Source: Thermoproteota archaeon (GTDB taxonomy: Archaea > Korarchaeota > Korarchaeia > Korarchaeales > Korarchaeaceae). Taken from it: 64,000 nt of DNA. Below the pieces are notes generated by a model that saw only the letters and a list, made by a program, of their open reading frames with translations, was not told the DNA's origin and did no database searches. Positions 1 through 9,775 of this stretch are shown piece after piece. The position numbers were made by a program, and so were the translations under genes. The stretch's first letter is position 1; the number at the start of each line of letters is the position of its first letter. The stretch is from NCBI GenBank assembly GCA_027491415.1, contig JAOZFH010000007.1, positions 1 through 64,000 of the forward strand. Reading direction: 5' to 3'.

Positions 1-266
1 AACTAGTTGACCACGCCACGGGGCTGGAGTGCCGCTTCTTGGGGGAGGTCGGGAAGTCTTCGGCGGGCTTGAGGAGATCAGAGGCCAACGAGATCGTGAA
101 GGAGCTTCTGAAGGAGTACGAGGACAGATTAACCTCGGCTCCCAAAGGGAAGACCTTCCAGGAGCTTTACGACATGGACAAGGTCGAGCCCAAGGAGGAG
201 TGGAGACAGAAGTACGAAGCAGCCTACCGCAGGATTGAGGGGCTGGGAATAAGTATTCGGTTCTGA
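1..266 (+). CDS. mtmB: Monomethylamine:corrinoid methyltransferase (MtmB family), C-terminal fragment; 5' end lies outside the window
   Basis: Frame 3 is open from the window edge: LVDHATGLECRFLGEVGKSSAGL...APKGKTFQELYD...IEGLGI. This resembles the MtmB C-terminus as I recall it (TGxEAR..GEVA...APxGKTFQECYD...LEDLGL). Confidence 0.75.
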   Translation, partial: LVDHATGLECRFLGEVGKSSAGLRRSEANEIVKELLKEYEDRLTSAPKGKTFQELYDMDKVEPKEEWRQKYEAAYRRIEGLGISIRF

Positions 267-274
267 TTAGACAG

Positions 275-295
275 TGGGGGTAACCCCCATTTTTT
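275..295 (+). terminator. Hairpin plus T-run terminator after mtmB
   Basis: tggggg-taa-ccccca followed by ttttttt. Confidence 0.6.
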
Positions 296-433
296 GGCTC
301 TCGCGCGCGTGTTTGTCGTTGACAGGATCAATCAAGTTCCTCGAATCCTACTACGCACCCCACCGGCGGGGCCGTGCGTACGAGAGCGCTCCCACTTCAA
401 GAAAATAGTTTGGGGAGGGGAAAGAAGCGCAAT

Positions 434-1756
434 TCAGAGCCGGTCCCAGAGCGCTTGGGCCAGCTCCTTCGCCTCCTCAAAGATCTGCTCCTCGTCGACC
501 GTGAGTAGTTCTCCATTCCTCACCACGAACTTCCCGTCCACCACCACGTCCGTCACGTGGGAGGCGTCCATGCCGAATATGAAGTGCCACGGGAAGTTCC
601 CCTCGTGCACGGGCGTGTACGGCCTGTAGCTCAGCACCATGAGGTCGGCGAACGCTCCGGGGACGATCTTGCCGAGGGGCTTGGTGAAGTACTTGGCCGC
701 CAGCTCGGAGTTGTTATGGTAGAGCATCTCGAGTACCTTGTCGGCCCCCATGACCCTAGGGTCGGCCATGTGGAGCTTGTGAAGCGTGTAAGCAACCTTT
801 GCCTCCCTGAACATGTCCATCGTGAAGCCGTCCGTGCCCAGGGCGGGCCTGATGCCGAGCTCCATCATCCTGACGACGGGCGCCACTCCGACGGCGTTGT
901 TCATGTTGGACTCGGGGTTGTGGACCACGTTAGTTCCCGTGTCCTTCAGTATCCTGAGCTCCCTCTCGTTGGTGTGCACGCAGTGGGCCGCGATCGTCTT
1001 CTCCCCCAAGATGCCGGCCCCCCAGAGCCTCTCCACGACCCTCCTGCCCGACTTCTTCAGGCTGTCGAAGACGTCCTCGACCCCCTCGGCCACGTGTATG
1101 TGGAACCCGGTGTCAAGCCCCTTGGCCGCCTCGACGACCTTCTCGAGCGTCTCGTCCGAGAGGGTGAGCTGGGCGTGGAGCCCGAAGCTCCCGGTGATGA
1201 ACTCATCTCCCTGGTGCCTCTTGATGAACTCGACGTTCTCCCTGATCCCCTCCTCAGCCCTGTCGAGCCCGTCCCTGTCCGAGACCTCGTAGGCTATGTT
1301 GGCCCTAACGCCGACCTTTCTGAACGCCTCGGCGAGCCTCTCAAGGCTTCCGGTGATGGCGAAGGGGCTGGCGTGGTGGTCGAACATCGTGGTGGTCCCG
1401 TGCCTCACGGCCTCTATCGCCGTGACCAGCCCGCTGTAGTAGACGTCGTCCAAGGTCAGCCTCTTGTCAAGGTGCCACCATATCCTCTCTAGGATCTCCA
1501 CGAACCTCGTCGGGGGTTCAACTTTCAGTGGCATCCCCCTGGCGAAGGCGCCGTAGGCGTGACAGTGGGCGCAAATCAGCCCTGGCATGATTACCGATTT
1601 GGGGAATTCGATGATGTCTTCACCGGGGTTCTCCTTGACTATCCGCTCCTTGGGCCCCACGTCTTTGATCACGTTGCCCTCGACGAGGACGGCCCCATCC
1701 TCTACGAGGCCGACTCCTCTCTGAAAGGTCACAACCCACTTTCCCGACAGTATCAC
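434..1756 (-). CDS. ssnA: SsnA-like metal-dependent aminohydrolase (amidohydrolase superfamily)
   Basis: ICAHCHAY (HxH), FDHHASP, YEVSDRDG, HIHVAEG, HNPESNMNN and GTDG motifs typical of SsnA. Confidence 0.8.
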   Translation of the reverse strand: MILSGKWVVTFQRGVGLVEDGAVLVEGNVIKDVGPKERIVKENPGEDIIEFPKSVIMPGLICAHCHAYGAFARGMPLKVEPPTRFVEILERIWWHLDKRLTLDDVYYSGLVTAIEAVRHGTTTMFDHHASPFAITGSLERLAEAFRKVGVRANIAYEVSDRDGLDRAEEGIRENVEFIKRHQGDEFITGSFGLHAQLTLSDETLEKVVEAAKGLDTGFHIHVAEGVEDVFDSLKKSGRRVVERLWGAGILGEKTIAAHCVHTNERELRILKDTGTNVVHNPESNMNNAVGVAPVVRMMELGIRPALGTDGFTMDMFREAKVAYTLHKLHMADPRVMGADKVLEMLYHNNSELAAKYFTKPLGKIVPGAFADLMVLSYRPYTPVHEGNFPWHFIFGMDASHVTDVVVDGKFVVRNGELLTVDEEQIFEEAKELAQALWDRL

Positions 1757-1956
1757 CGCGCACCCCTCCGGCTGGTGGGACGTCGGGGGACCTTTCTATT
1801 AACAGGCACCCGAACGTTTGGCCCCTGTCCGAAGGTGGCTACGGGGAGCGACTCGTGGGGCAATTGGTTTTGAGATTTAACCTCGTTCTAGGGCTGGCCG
1901 GGTCGCCCCCAGTGTTAGATTAATATGGTTCCCGAAAAAGGCGGTCGGGGGGAAAC

Positions 1957-3525
1957 TTGGCCTCTGAGGCTACCGCCGTGGCGAGCGAGCCCCGAGAAAC
2001 CGACCTCCTCGTTAAGATGGTCAGTATCGTAAAGAGATTCCCCGGAGTGCTGGCCAACGATCACGTCAACTTCGAGCTGAGGCCCGGAGAGGTACACGCC
2101 CTCCTTGGCGAGAACGGCGCCGGGAAGACCACCCTGATGAACATACTCTATGGAATATACCACCCGGACGGCGGCGAGATCTACGTCAGGGGCAGGAGGG
2201 TCGAGATCAGGAGCCCCAGGGACGCGATGAGCCTCGGAATAGGGATGGTCCACCAGCACTTCATGCTCGTGGATCGGCACACGGTGGCGGAGAACATAGC
2301 CCTGGGGTACGCCAAGAGTCTGATGAACCCGTTGAAGGAGATAAAGGAGAAGCTAAGGGAGTTCGCCGAGAAGTACGGGCTCAAGGTCGATCCGGACGCC
2401 TACATCTGGCAGCTCTCCGCGGGCGAGCAGCAGAGAGTCGAGATAATCAAGGCCCTCTACCACGGTGCCGACATACTCATACTCGACGAGCCTACTTCGG
2501 TGCTGACTCCGCAGGAGACGAAGGAGCTGTTCAAGATCGTCGAGAGGATGAGGGATGAGGGCAAGGGCATAATCTTCATCACCCACAAGCTGGACGAGGT
2601 GTTCGAGGTCGCCGACCGGGTCACGGTCATGAGGAGGGGGAAGGTCGTCGGCACTCTGAAGGCCAGCGAGACGACTAAGGAGGAGCTCGCGAGGATGATG
2701 GTGGGCAGGGAAGTCCTGTTCAGGTTGGAGAAAGAGCGCGTCTCGAGGGGTAAGCCCGTCTTGGAGGTTGAGAACCTACACGCCCTGAACGACAGGGGGC
2801 TCCCCGCGGTCAGGGGGGTCAGCTTCAGGGTCCACGAGGGCGAGATCTTCGGCATAGCCGGGGTCGCGGGGAACGGTCAGAGGGAGCTTGCGGAGGTCGT
2901 AGTAGGACTCAGGAAGGCCACCGCGGGCCGAGTGCTCATAGACGGGGTAGATGTCACAAACAAGTCGCCCAGGTTCATCTCCTCCAAGGGGGTAGCCCAC
3001 ATTCCGGAAGAGAGGCTGAGGCACGGCATCGTGCCCAACCTGAGCGTCGCCGAGAACCTCATCCTCAAGGACTACTACAAGGAGCCCTACAGGAGGGGGC
3101 TGCTCCTGGACCACTCTAAGGTGATCGAGGATGCCGAGAGGCTCATCAACAAGTTCGACATAGTGACCCCAAGCCCCCTGACACCGGCGAAGCTCCTGTC
3201 CGGGGGGAACATCCAGAGGCTGATATGCGCCAGGGAACTCCACAAAGAGCCCAGGCTCATCGTGGCCGCCCACCCCACCTACGGGCTGGACGTCGGTGCG
3301 ACCGAGTACATCCGCCGGATTCTGCTCGAACAGAGGAAGAGAGGGGCCGCCGTGCTCCTAATCTCCGAGGACCTCGAGGAGGTGCTCCAGCTCAGCGACA
3401 GGGTGGGGGTGATGTTCAACGGTGAAATCGTCGGCATAGTCAGGCCTGAAGAGGTCTCTATTGAGGAGATAGGGCTAATGATGGCCGGAGCCAGAAGGCT
3501 TGCCAGGGAGGAGATGGCCTCATGA
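1957..3525 (+). CDS. Nucleoside/purine ABC transporter ATP-binding protein (two ABC domains, CUT2/NupA-like)
   Basis: GENGAGKTT, LSAGEQQRVEI, ILDEPT, second domain GVAGNGQ...LSGGNIQR. Confidence 0.9.
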   Translation: MASEATAVASEPRETDLLVKMVSIVKRFPGVLANDHVNFELRPGEVHALLGENGAGKTTLMNILYGIYHPDGGEIYVRGRRVEIRSPRDAMSLGIGMVHQHFMLVDRHTVAENIALGYAKSLMNPLKEIKEKLREFAEKYGLKVDPDAYIWQLSAGEQQRVEIIKALYHGADILILDEPTSVLTPQETKELFKIVERMRDEGKGIIFITHKLDEVFEVADRVTVMRRGKVVGTLKASETTKEELARMMVGREVLFRLEKERVSRGKPVLEVENLHALNDRGLPAVRGVSFRVHEGEIFGIAGVAGNGQRELAEVVVGLRKATAGRVLIDGVDVTNKSPRFISSKGVAHIPEERLRHGIVPNLSVAENLILKDYYKEPYRRGLLLDHSKVIEDAERLINKFDIVTPSPLTPAKLLSGGNIQRLICARELHKEPRLIVAAHPTYGLDVGATEYIRRILLEQRKRGAAVLLISEDLEEVLQLSDRVGVMFNGEIVGIVRPEEVSIEEIGLMMAGARRLAREEMAS

Positions 3526-4598
3526 GGGTGATAGTTCGGAAGCGCGTGGTTGTGCCCCGAAGGTTCGCCCTCGCCGTCAGGATAGGATCCGTCGTGTTGG
3601 CCCTGCTGGCGGTGGCCGTCATATTCCACGCGTACGGGGTGAACCCGTTCGACGTCTACAGGTCCATCTTCTTCAACGCGTTTGGCACAAAGGTCGGCCT
3701 CACCGAGACCATAGTGAGAATGATGCCCCTCCTGCTCGTCAGCGCCGGACTCGCGCTGGTTTTCAAGACGGGCTTCTGGAACATAGGGGCCGAGGGCCAG
3801 CTCTTGGTGGGGGCGATGGCGGCCTACGTGGTGGCCAGGACCTTCCCGGACGCGCCGCCCATCGCGCTCATACCATCCATGTTCTTGGTTGGATTCGCGG
3901 CCGGCGCGGCCTGGGGCATCCCGCCCGCGGTCCTGAAGGCGAAGCTGAACGTGAACGACGTCATATCAACCCTGATGCTCTACTACGTCATCTACTGGGT
4001 CTTCCAGCACCTCATTCACGGGCCTTGGAAGGCCAGGGAGAAGGTCGGTCAGCTCACTTACGGTGGGTTCGCGCACACAGAGATCATATCCAAGAACGCC
4101 TGGCTGCCAGTGATCGGGGAGACCAGGATACACTGGCCCACGCTGGTCCTCTCCGTTCTGGCCGCCGTGGGGGTGTACGTGTTTCTGAACTACACTACAG
4201 CTGGCTACGAGATGAAGGTTGTGGGCGACAACCCCGAGGCCGCCAGGGCGGCCGGGATCAGCTATCTGAGGACCGTGACCCTGGCCATGATCATAAGCGG
4301 CGGCCTCGCCGGGCTGGCGGGCGTCGGGGAGTTCGCGGGCATCCAGCACAGGTTCACGCCCGAGTTCCTCTCGGGGTACGGCTTCACGGGTATAATCACG
4401 GCCTGGCTCGGCGGCGTCAACCCGATCGGCCTGCTGATCGCCAACTTCCTCTTCGGAGGGCTACTAGTGGGCGGGCAGTACATCATGATCGACTACAAAC
4501 TCCCGATCGGCGTGGTCGACATGTTCAACGGCGCCATCCTCTTCTTCGTCCTCGCCGGTGACTTCCTCCTCCGATACAGGATTCAGATCAGGAGGTGA
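3522..4598 (+). CDS. Nucleoside ABC transporter permease 1
   Basis: Hydrophobic; WNIGAEGQ, GYGFTGI; ATGA overlap with the ATPase gene. Confidence 0.9.
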   Translation: MRVIVRKRVVVPRRFALAVRIGSVVLALLAVAVIFHAYGVNPFDVYRSIFFNAFGTKVGLTETIVRMMPLLLVSAGLALVFKTGFWNIGAEGQLLVGAMAAYVVARTFPDAPPIALIPSMFLVGFAAGAAWGIPPAVLKAKLNVNDVISTLMLYYVIYWVFQHLIHGPWKAREKVGQLTYGGFAHTEIISKNAWLPVIGETRIHWPTLVLSVLAAVGVYVFLNYTTAGYEMKVVGDNPEAARAAGISYLRTVTLAMIISGGLAGLAGVGEFAGIQHRFTPEFLSGYGFTGIITAWLGGVNPIGLLIANFLFGGLLVGGQYIMIDYKLPIGVVDMFNGAILFFVLAGDFLLRYRIQIRR

Positions 4599-5539
4599 TG
4601 CGGATGGACCTGTCGGTGGTTGAGAACATCCTGTGGGTCGGTTTCAGATCGGCGACCCCCCTCCTCCTCGCCTCCCTCGGCGAGATCTACGCAGAGAGGT
4701 CGGGAATACTCAACCTGGGCGTCGAGGGCATGATGATAATGGGGGCGGTATCCGCCTTCATCACCGCACTGACCACGGGCAACCCCTGGCTGGGCGTGGC
4801 CGTGGCGACGGCGGTCGGCATACTAATGTCCCTCATACACGGGGTAATCAGCATCCACCTCCGGGGCAACCAGGTCGTCTCCGGCCTGGCCCTCACGATG
4901 TTCGGGCTCGGGCTGAGCAGCGTGATCGGGAGGAAGTACGTCGGCTATCAGCTACCCGTAAAGGCGAGGTTCCTCCCCAAGCCTCTTGCGGAGGGGCTTG
5001 TCAAGCTTCCGGTGATAGGTAAGGCGCTGTTCGACCAAGAGCCGCTGTTCTACCTCAGCATAGTGATCGCCGTCGTTCTCTGGTTCGTCCTCTACAGGAC
5101 CAAGGTGGGGATAGTTATCAGGTCAACGGGCGAAAATCCTGCAGCGGCCGACGCCCTTGGAATTAACGTCTACCTCGTGAGGTACGCCTGCACAGCCCTT
5201 GGAGGGGCCCTGGCTGGCATGGCTGGGGCCTACCTATCGGTGGCCTACAGCCCGGCCTGGATAGAGAACATGACAGCTGGCAGGGGCTGGATAGCGCTGG
5301 CGCTCACGATATTCGCCCTCTGGAACCCGCTGAGGGCAATATTCGGGGCCTACCTGTTTGGAGTCGTCGAGGCCGGGGGGTACACCCTGCAGGCCTACGG
5401 GTACAGCCAGTGGCTCCTGAACGGAGTGCCGTACCTATTAACGGTGATAGTCCTCACCGCCGGCGCCACGGAGACCATGAGGAGGAGGATGGGGGCTCCG
5501 GCAGCGCTCGGAGTGCCCTACGTGAGGGGAGAGAAGTAG
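4598..5539 (+). CDS. Nucleoside ABC transporter permease 2 (start 4598 or 4604)
   Basis: ERSGILNLGVEG, GENPAAAD, TAGRGWIALA, C-terminal APAALGVPY; SD GGAGGTG. Confidence 0.9.
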   Translation: MRMDLSVVENILWVGFRSATPLLLASLGEIYAERSGILNLGVEGMMIMGAVSAFITALTTGNPWLGVAVATAVGILMSLIHGVISIHLRGNQVVSGLALTMFGLGLSSVIGRKYVGYQLPVKARFLPKPLAEGLVKLPVIGKALFDQEPLFYLSIVIAVVLWFVLYRTKVGIVIRSTGENPAAADALGINVYLVRYACTALGGALAGMAGAYLSVAYSPAWIENMTAGRGWIALALTIFALWNPLRAIFGAYLFGVVEAGGYTLQAYGYSQWLLNGVPYLLTVIVLTAGATETMRRRMGAPAALGVPYVRGEK

Positions 5540-5769
5540 CCCCCTCCCCCTCTCCCTCATTTGAGGCCGGGCCGCCGGGCCCCCGCTGGGTCGGGGACTC
5601 ACCCGGTGATCGATCGGCGCCTGCCGAAGTCCCTTCGAAAATATTGACAAAGAACGTCTGTGAATACAATAATTTTAACAATTTGGGGACGATGCCCGCT
5701 TTTCTCGGGTAAGACGCTCGTTTTACCGGGCCGAACGCCCGGGCGGCGGGGTTAGCTTTTCGACTCCCG

Positions 5770-5782
5770 GGAAAAATTTATG
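5770..5782 (+). promoter_or_regulatory. BRE/TATA-like promoter for the BMP substrate-binding gene
   Basis: ggaaaaatttatg about 55 nt upstream of ATG 5834. Confidence 0.5.
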
Positions 5783-5833
5783 GGCATCAAATCGGCAATC
5801 AACTCACCCACGCTCTCCGTGGGAGGGATAGAC

Positions 5834-7138
5834 ATGACCTCATCCCAATGGGCTGCCTTAGTTATAGTTGGCATCATAGTCGGGGCGGCGATCGGGTACC
5901 TTGCGGCGCCGAAGGGCGCGGCGGAGTGCCCCCCGTGTCCGACCGAAACTCCGGCCCCGGCAACCTGCCCTCCGTGCGAGGCACCCCCGGTCAAGAAGAT
6001 CAAGGCGGCATGGATATACGTTGGACCGATCGGGGACATCGGTTGGACTTACGCTCACCACGCCGCTAAGGAGATGGTCGACCAGAAGTACGACTGGCTG
6101 GAGACCACCCACGTGGAGTCGGTCGCCCCGGCCGAGTGCGCCGGAGTGATAGAGCAGCTGATCGGCCAGGGCTACGACGTGATCTTCACCACAAGCTTCG
6201 ACTTCATGGATCCGACCCTCGAGGAGGCCCAGAAGCACCCCGACAAGATCTTCTGGCACTGCTCCGGCTACAAGAGGGCTCCCAACATGGGCACCTACTT
6301 CGCCGACTTCTACCAGGTCTACTACCTGAACGGCCTGATGGCTGGCGCCCTGACCCAGACCAAGAAGATCGGCTACGTCGCCGCGCACCTGATCCCCGAG
6401 GTGGTGAGGCACATCAACGCCTTCGCGCTGGGCGTCAAGGAGGTCTGCCCCGACTGCAAGGTCTACGTCAGGGAGATAGGCGCCTGGTACGATCCGACCA
6501 AGGCTAGGCAGGCCGCCGAGGCCCTGATCTCCGAGGGCGTCGACGTGCTGGCATTCACGGAGGACTCGCCGACCGTCGTCCAGGTCGCCCAGGAGCACTT
6601 CGAGAGGGGCGAGAGGGTCCTCGCCTTCGGCCACTACAGCCCGATGCTTGAATACGGTCCCGACGTCTGCGTCAGCGGTCAGCTGGTGCACTGGGAGGTG
6701 ATCTACGACGACATCCTGAGCAAGATATACTCCGGCTCCTACAACACCCAGAACCTGCAGAACGTGGACTACTGGTGGAAGCTGAAGGAGGGCTCCGTCG
6801 AGCTGGGCTGCGCCTTCAACCAACCGATCAACCCCAAGTTCATCAACGAGCTCAAGTCCGTCAGGGTCCAGGAGACCATCCAGCTGCCCAACGGCACCAT
6901 AATCGAGAACCCGGATGTCTACACCCTCGTGATGGCCAGGCTCATCCAGATGGGCGCGGTCTGGACAGGCAGCGGGTGGGTGTTCGTGAACGACGAGGTC
7001 TTCGATCCCTTCACCGGGCCCATCTACGACGACCAGGGGACGCTGAGGGTCATGGCCGGACAGAGGCTAGGCCACGACGAGCTCTGGTCCATGCAGTGGT
7101 GGGTTGACAACGTAGTCGGGCCGGCCCTGGGCGGCTGA
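5834..7138 (+). CDS. BMP-family (PnrA/Med-like) nucleoside ABC substrate-binding protein with N-terminal membrane anchor
   Basis: N-terminal TM, Pro/Thr/Cys linker, IYVGPIGDIGWTYAH, TTSFDF, EVVRHINAFALG; SD GGAGGG before ATG 5834. Confidence 0.88.
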   Translation: MTSSQWAALVIVGIIVGAAIGYLAAPKGAAECPPCPTETPAPATCPPCEAPPVKKIKAAWIYVGPIGDIGWTYAHHAAKEMVDQKYDWLETTHVESVAPAECAGVIEQLIGQGYDVIFTTSFDFMDPTLEEAQKHPDKIFWHCSGYKRAPNMGTYFADFYQVYYLNGLMAGALTQTKKIGYVAAHLIPEVVRHINAFALGVKEVCPDCKVYVREIGAWYDPTKARQAAEALISEGVDVLAFTEDSPTVVQVAQEHFERGERVLAFGHYSPMLEYGPDVCVSGQLVHWEVIYDDILSKIYSGSYNTQNLQNVDYWWKLKEGSVELGCAFNQPINPKFINELKSVRVQETIQLPNGTIIENPDVYTLVMARLIQMGAVWTGSGWVFVNDEVFDPFTGPIYDDQGTLRVMAGQRLGHDELWSMQWWVDNVVGPALGG

Positions 7139-7164
7139 ACCAAAAATTCCCTCCCCCATTTTTT
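7139..7164 (+). terminator. Pyrimidine/T-rich terminator
   Basis: ttccctcccccattttttc directly after the stop. Confidence 0.5.
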
Positions 7165-7335
7165 CGCGATGACCGCCCTTCCTCAAGCTTCGCTCCATCA
7201 GAAGGTGCCCTTCCTTGCCTCTGACTCGATATATCCAGAGAGGATAACGTTCTGAATTCGGATTCCCAATCCTATGATTTATTTGGTCTCTGTGGAAGGC
7301 CCTTGTTTGGCCCATTCAGGGCTGGCGGTGATCAC

Positions 7336-7830
7336 ATGGTTGAGGGGGTTCAGAACCTCTTGGTAATAGACCCCGACAAGTGCACCGGGTGCAGGATTTG
7401 TGAAGAGGCCTGCTCCTTTCATCACTACGGCGAGTTCAACCCCAGGCGATCTTACATACAGGTCCTGAGGAATGACTTCGAGGGCGTCTTCATCCCCATG
7501 ACCTGCCAGCACTGCGGCAAGCCCCTATGCGTCGAGGCCTGCCCGACCGGCGCCCTATACCAGTTCGGCAACGCCGTCTTCCTCGACAAGTCCAAGTGCA
7601 TAGAGTGCAAGCAGTGCCTCAACGCCTGCCCGTTCGGCGGCATTCAGGTGGACCCGGTGACATTCCAGGTGGTGAAGTGCGACCTCTGCGGCGGAGACCC
7701 GCAGTGCGCCAGGAGGTGCCCCACGGGCGCCATCAAGTGGGTCAGGGCCGACCAGGTTGGCTACCAGAAGAAGGTTGACGGGGCCCAGAGGTCCGCCAGG
7801 CTGATCTCATTGATAGTCCCCCAGGGGTGA
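7336..7830 (+). CDS. 4x[4Fe-4S] ferredoxin-like subunit (DmsB/AorA-type partner of AOR)
   Basis: CTGCRICEEAC, CQHCGKPLCVEAC, CIECKQCLNAC, CDLCGGDPQCARRC; SD GCGGTGA before ATG 7336. Confidence 0.9.
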   Translation: MVEGVQNLLVIDPDKCTGCRICEEACSFHHYGEFNPRRSYIQVLRNDFEGVFIPMTCQHCGKPLCVEACPTGALYQFGNAVFLDKSKCIECKQCLNACPFGGIQVDPVTFQVVKCDLCGGDPQCARRCPTGAIKWVRADQVGYQKKVDGAQRSARLISLIVPQG

Positions 7831-9770
7831 TGCGTGTGGTGGAGTTGGGCGGATACGCGGGGCGGTACCTGAGGGTGGATCTCTCGGCCGGGAAGATCTG
7901 GGTAAGGGAAACCCCGAAGGAGCTCATCAGAAACTACCTGGGCGGTCTGGGGTTCGCGGTCAAGATACTCTGGGACGAGGTGGACGAGCACACGGACCCG
8001 CTCGGGCCGGACAACAGGCTCGTCATCTCCACGGGCCCCCTGACAGGCACCATGTTCCCGGCGGCGGGGAGGTACCAGGTGAACGCCAAGTCGCCCCTCA
8101 CAGGGATCTGGGGTCACGCCAACGCTGGTGGATTCTTCGGCCCCGAGCTCAAGTTCGCCGGATACGACTTCATCGTGATACAGGGCAGGGCGGAGAGGCC
8201 GATCTACCTGGTCATCGACGACGACCTCGTCGAGCTGAGGGACGCTAGCCACCTCTGGGGAGAAGAGAGGAACGGTAGGTTCTACGGCGGGAAGACGACC
8301 TTCGAGACCATCCAAATGATCAGGGAGGAACTCGGAGACGAGACGTTCAAGGTCGCGGCCATCGGCCCGGCCGGAGAGAACACGGTGAGGTTCGCCTCCA
8401 TCATCAACGACCTCGGCAACGCGGCAGGCCGGACGGGCATGGGCGCCGTCATGGGCTCCAAGAGGCTCAAGGCCATAGCCGTCAGGGGGAGCAGGGGGGT
8501 TCGGGTCGCGAAGCCCGAACTCTTCATGGAGGTCGTCGATGACGCATACAGGAAGCTCTTGGTGGACTGGGGCGACGCGCTGAAGGAGACGCTCACCAAG
8601 TACGGCACGCCAAACCTGGTAGAGGCCATAAACGCCATGGGGAGGATGCCAGTCAAGAACCACTGGACCGGCTACTGGGAGAAGGCGCACCTCATAGGGG
8701 GGGAGAGGATCAGGGAGGAGTTCAGGGTCAAGCAGGCAAGCTGCTTCGGCTGCCTGGTGCAGTGCAAGTACCTCGTGAGGTCGAGGAAGGAGCCCTACGC
8801 CGGGATCTACAAGGGACCTGAGTACGAGGCCCTGGTGTCGTTCGGGTCCAGCCTGCTCGTCGAGGATGTTGAGGCGGTCTTCTACGCCAACCACCTGGCC
8901 GACCTCTACGGGATGGACTCGATCTCGCTGGGAATGACGATTGCGTGGGCCATGGAGAGCTGGGAGCACGGCCTGTTGACGAAGGAGGACACGGGAGGAC
9001 TTGACCTGAGCTGGGGCAACGCAGAGGCCATGGTCGAGCTGGTGAAGAAGACGGCCTTCAGAGAGGGGTTCGGGAACGTGATAGCGGAGGGGAGCAAGAG
9101 GGCCTCCGAGATCGTAGGCAGGGGGACCGAGAGATTTGCGATGCACGTTAAGGGCAACGAGATCTCCGCCCAGGACGGCAGGGCCCATCAGTCCTCCGGG
9201 CTGACGCACGCGACGGCCGCCAGGGGGGCCGATCACCTCACCTCGCTCTCCTGCCTCGAGGAGAGGGGATACGAGCAGGTGGCCGCGGAGAGGTACGGTG
9301 CAGACAAGGTGAAGGATCTAGTGGATCCCCAATCTACCAGGTACAAGGGCTGGCTCGTCTGGGACCTTGAGATGCTCTACGCGCTTGGCAACTCCCTGAT
9401 AATATGTTGGTACGAGGTCGGCTGGCCGCCCGTCTTCTACTACCCCGACATGGCTAGGGCCGTCGCCGCGGCCACGGGCATAGCGGAGTTCGGCGACCCC
9501 AACGAGGTCAAGAGGATAGCCAAGAGGATAGCCATCCTGAGGAGGATGTTCAACGTGAGGGAGGGACTCAGGAGGAAGGACGACACGCTCCCCGAGAGGT
9601 TCCTGAAGGAGCCCATGCCCACCGGACCGGCGAAAGGCCACGTCTGCAGGCTCGACGAGATGCTGGACGACTACTACGAGGCCGCCGGCATAGACAAGGA
9701 GACAGGCGTGCCCAAGGACGAGACCCTGAGGGAACTCGGCCTAGGCGAGCTGGCCGGTAGGTGGAGGTGA
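7830..9770 (+). CDS. Aldehyde ferredoxin oxidoreductase (AOR/WOR) family tungstoenzyme, copy 1
   Basis: KSPLTG, AAGRTGMGAVMGSKRLKAI, CFGCLVQC, GPEYE, DLYGMD, RGADH, DDTLPERF. Confidence 0.92.
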   Translation: MRVVELGGYAGRYLRVDLSAGKIWVRETPKELIRNYLGGLGFAVKILWDEVDEHTDPLGPDNRLVISTGPLTGTMFPAAGRYQVNAKSPLTGIWGHANAGGFFGPELKFAGYDFIVIQGRAERPIYLVIDDDLVELRDASHLWGEERNGRFYGGKTTFETIQMIREELGDETFKVAAIGPAGENTVRFASIINDLGNAAGRTGMGAVMGSKRLKAIAVRGSRGVRVAKPELFMEVVDDAYRKLLVDWGDALKETLTKYGTPNLVEAINAMGRMPVKNHWTGYWEKAHLIGGERIREEFRVKQASCFGCLVQCKYLVRSRKEPYAGIYKGPEYEALVSFGSSLLVEDVEAVFYANHLADLYGMDSISLGMTIAWAMESWEHGLLTKEDTGGLDLSWGNAEAMVELVKKTAFREGFGNVIAEGSKRASEIVGRGTERFAMHVKGNEISAQDGRAHQSSGLTHATAARGADHLTSLSCLEERGYEQVAAERYGADKVKDLVDPQSTRYKGWLVWDLEMLYALGNSLIICWYEVGWPPVFYYPDMARAVAAATGIAEFGDPNEVKRIAKRIAILRRMFNVREGLRRKDDTLPERFLKEPMPTGPAKGHVCRLDEMLDDYYEAAGIDKETGVPKDETLRELGLGELAGRWR

Positions 9771-9775
9771 GCCCG

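Noticed and set aside
5540-5760. GC hairpins and the imperfect palindrome attgacaaa-N5-tctgtgaat as a riboswitch or tRNA
   Set aside because: No cloverleaf or known aptamer motif recognised; more simply a terminator plus promoter region.
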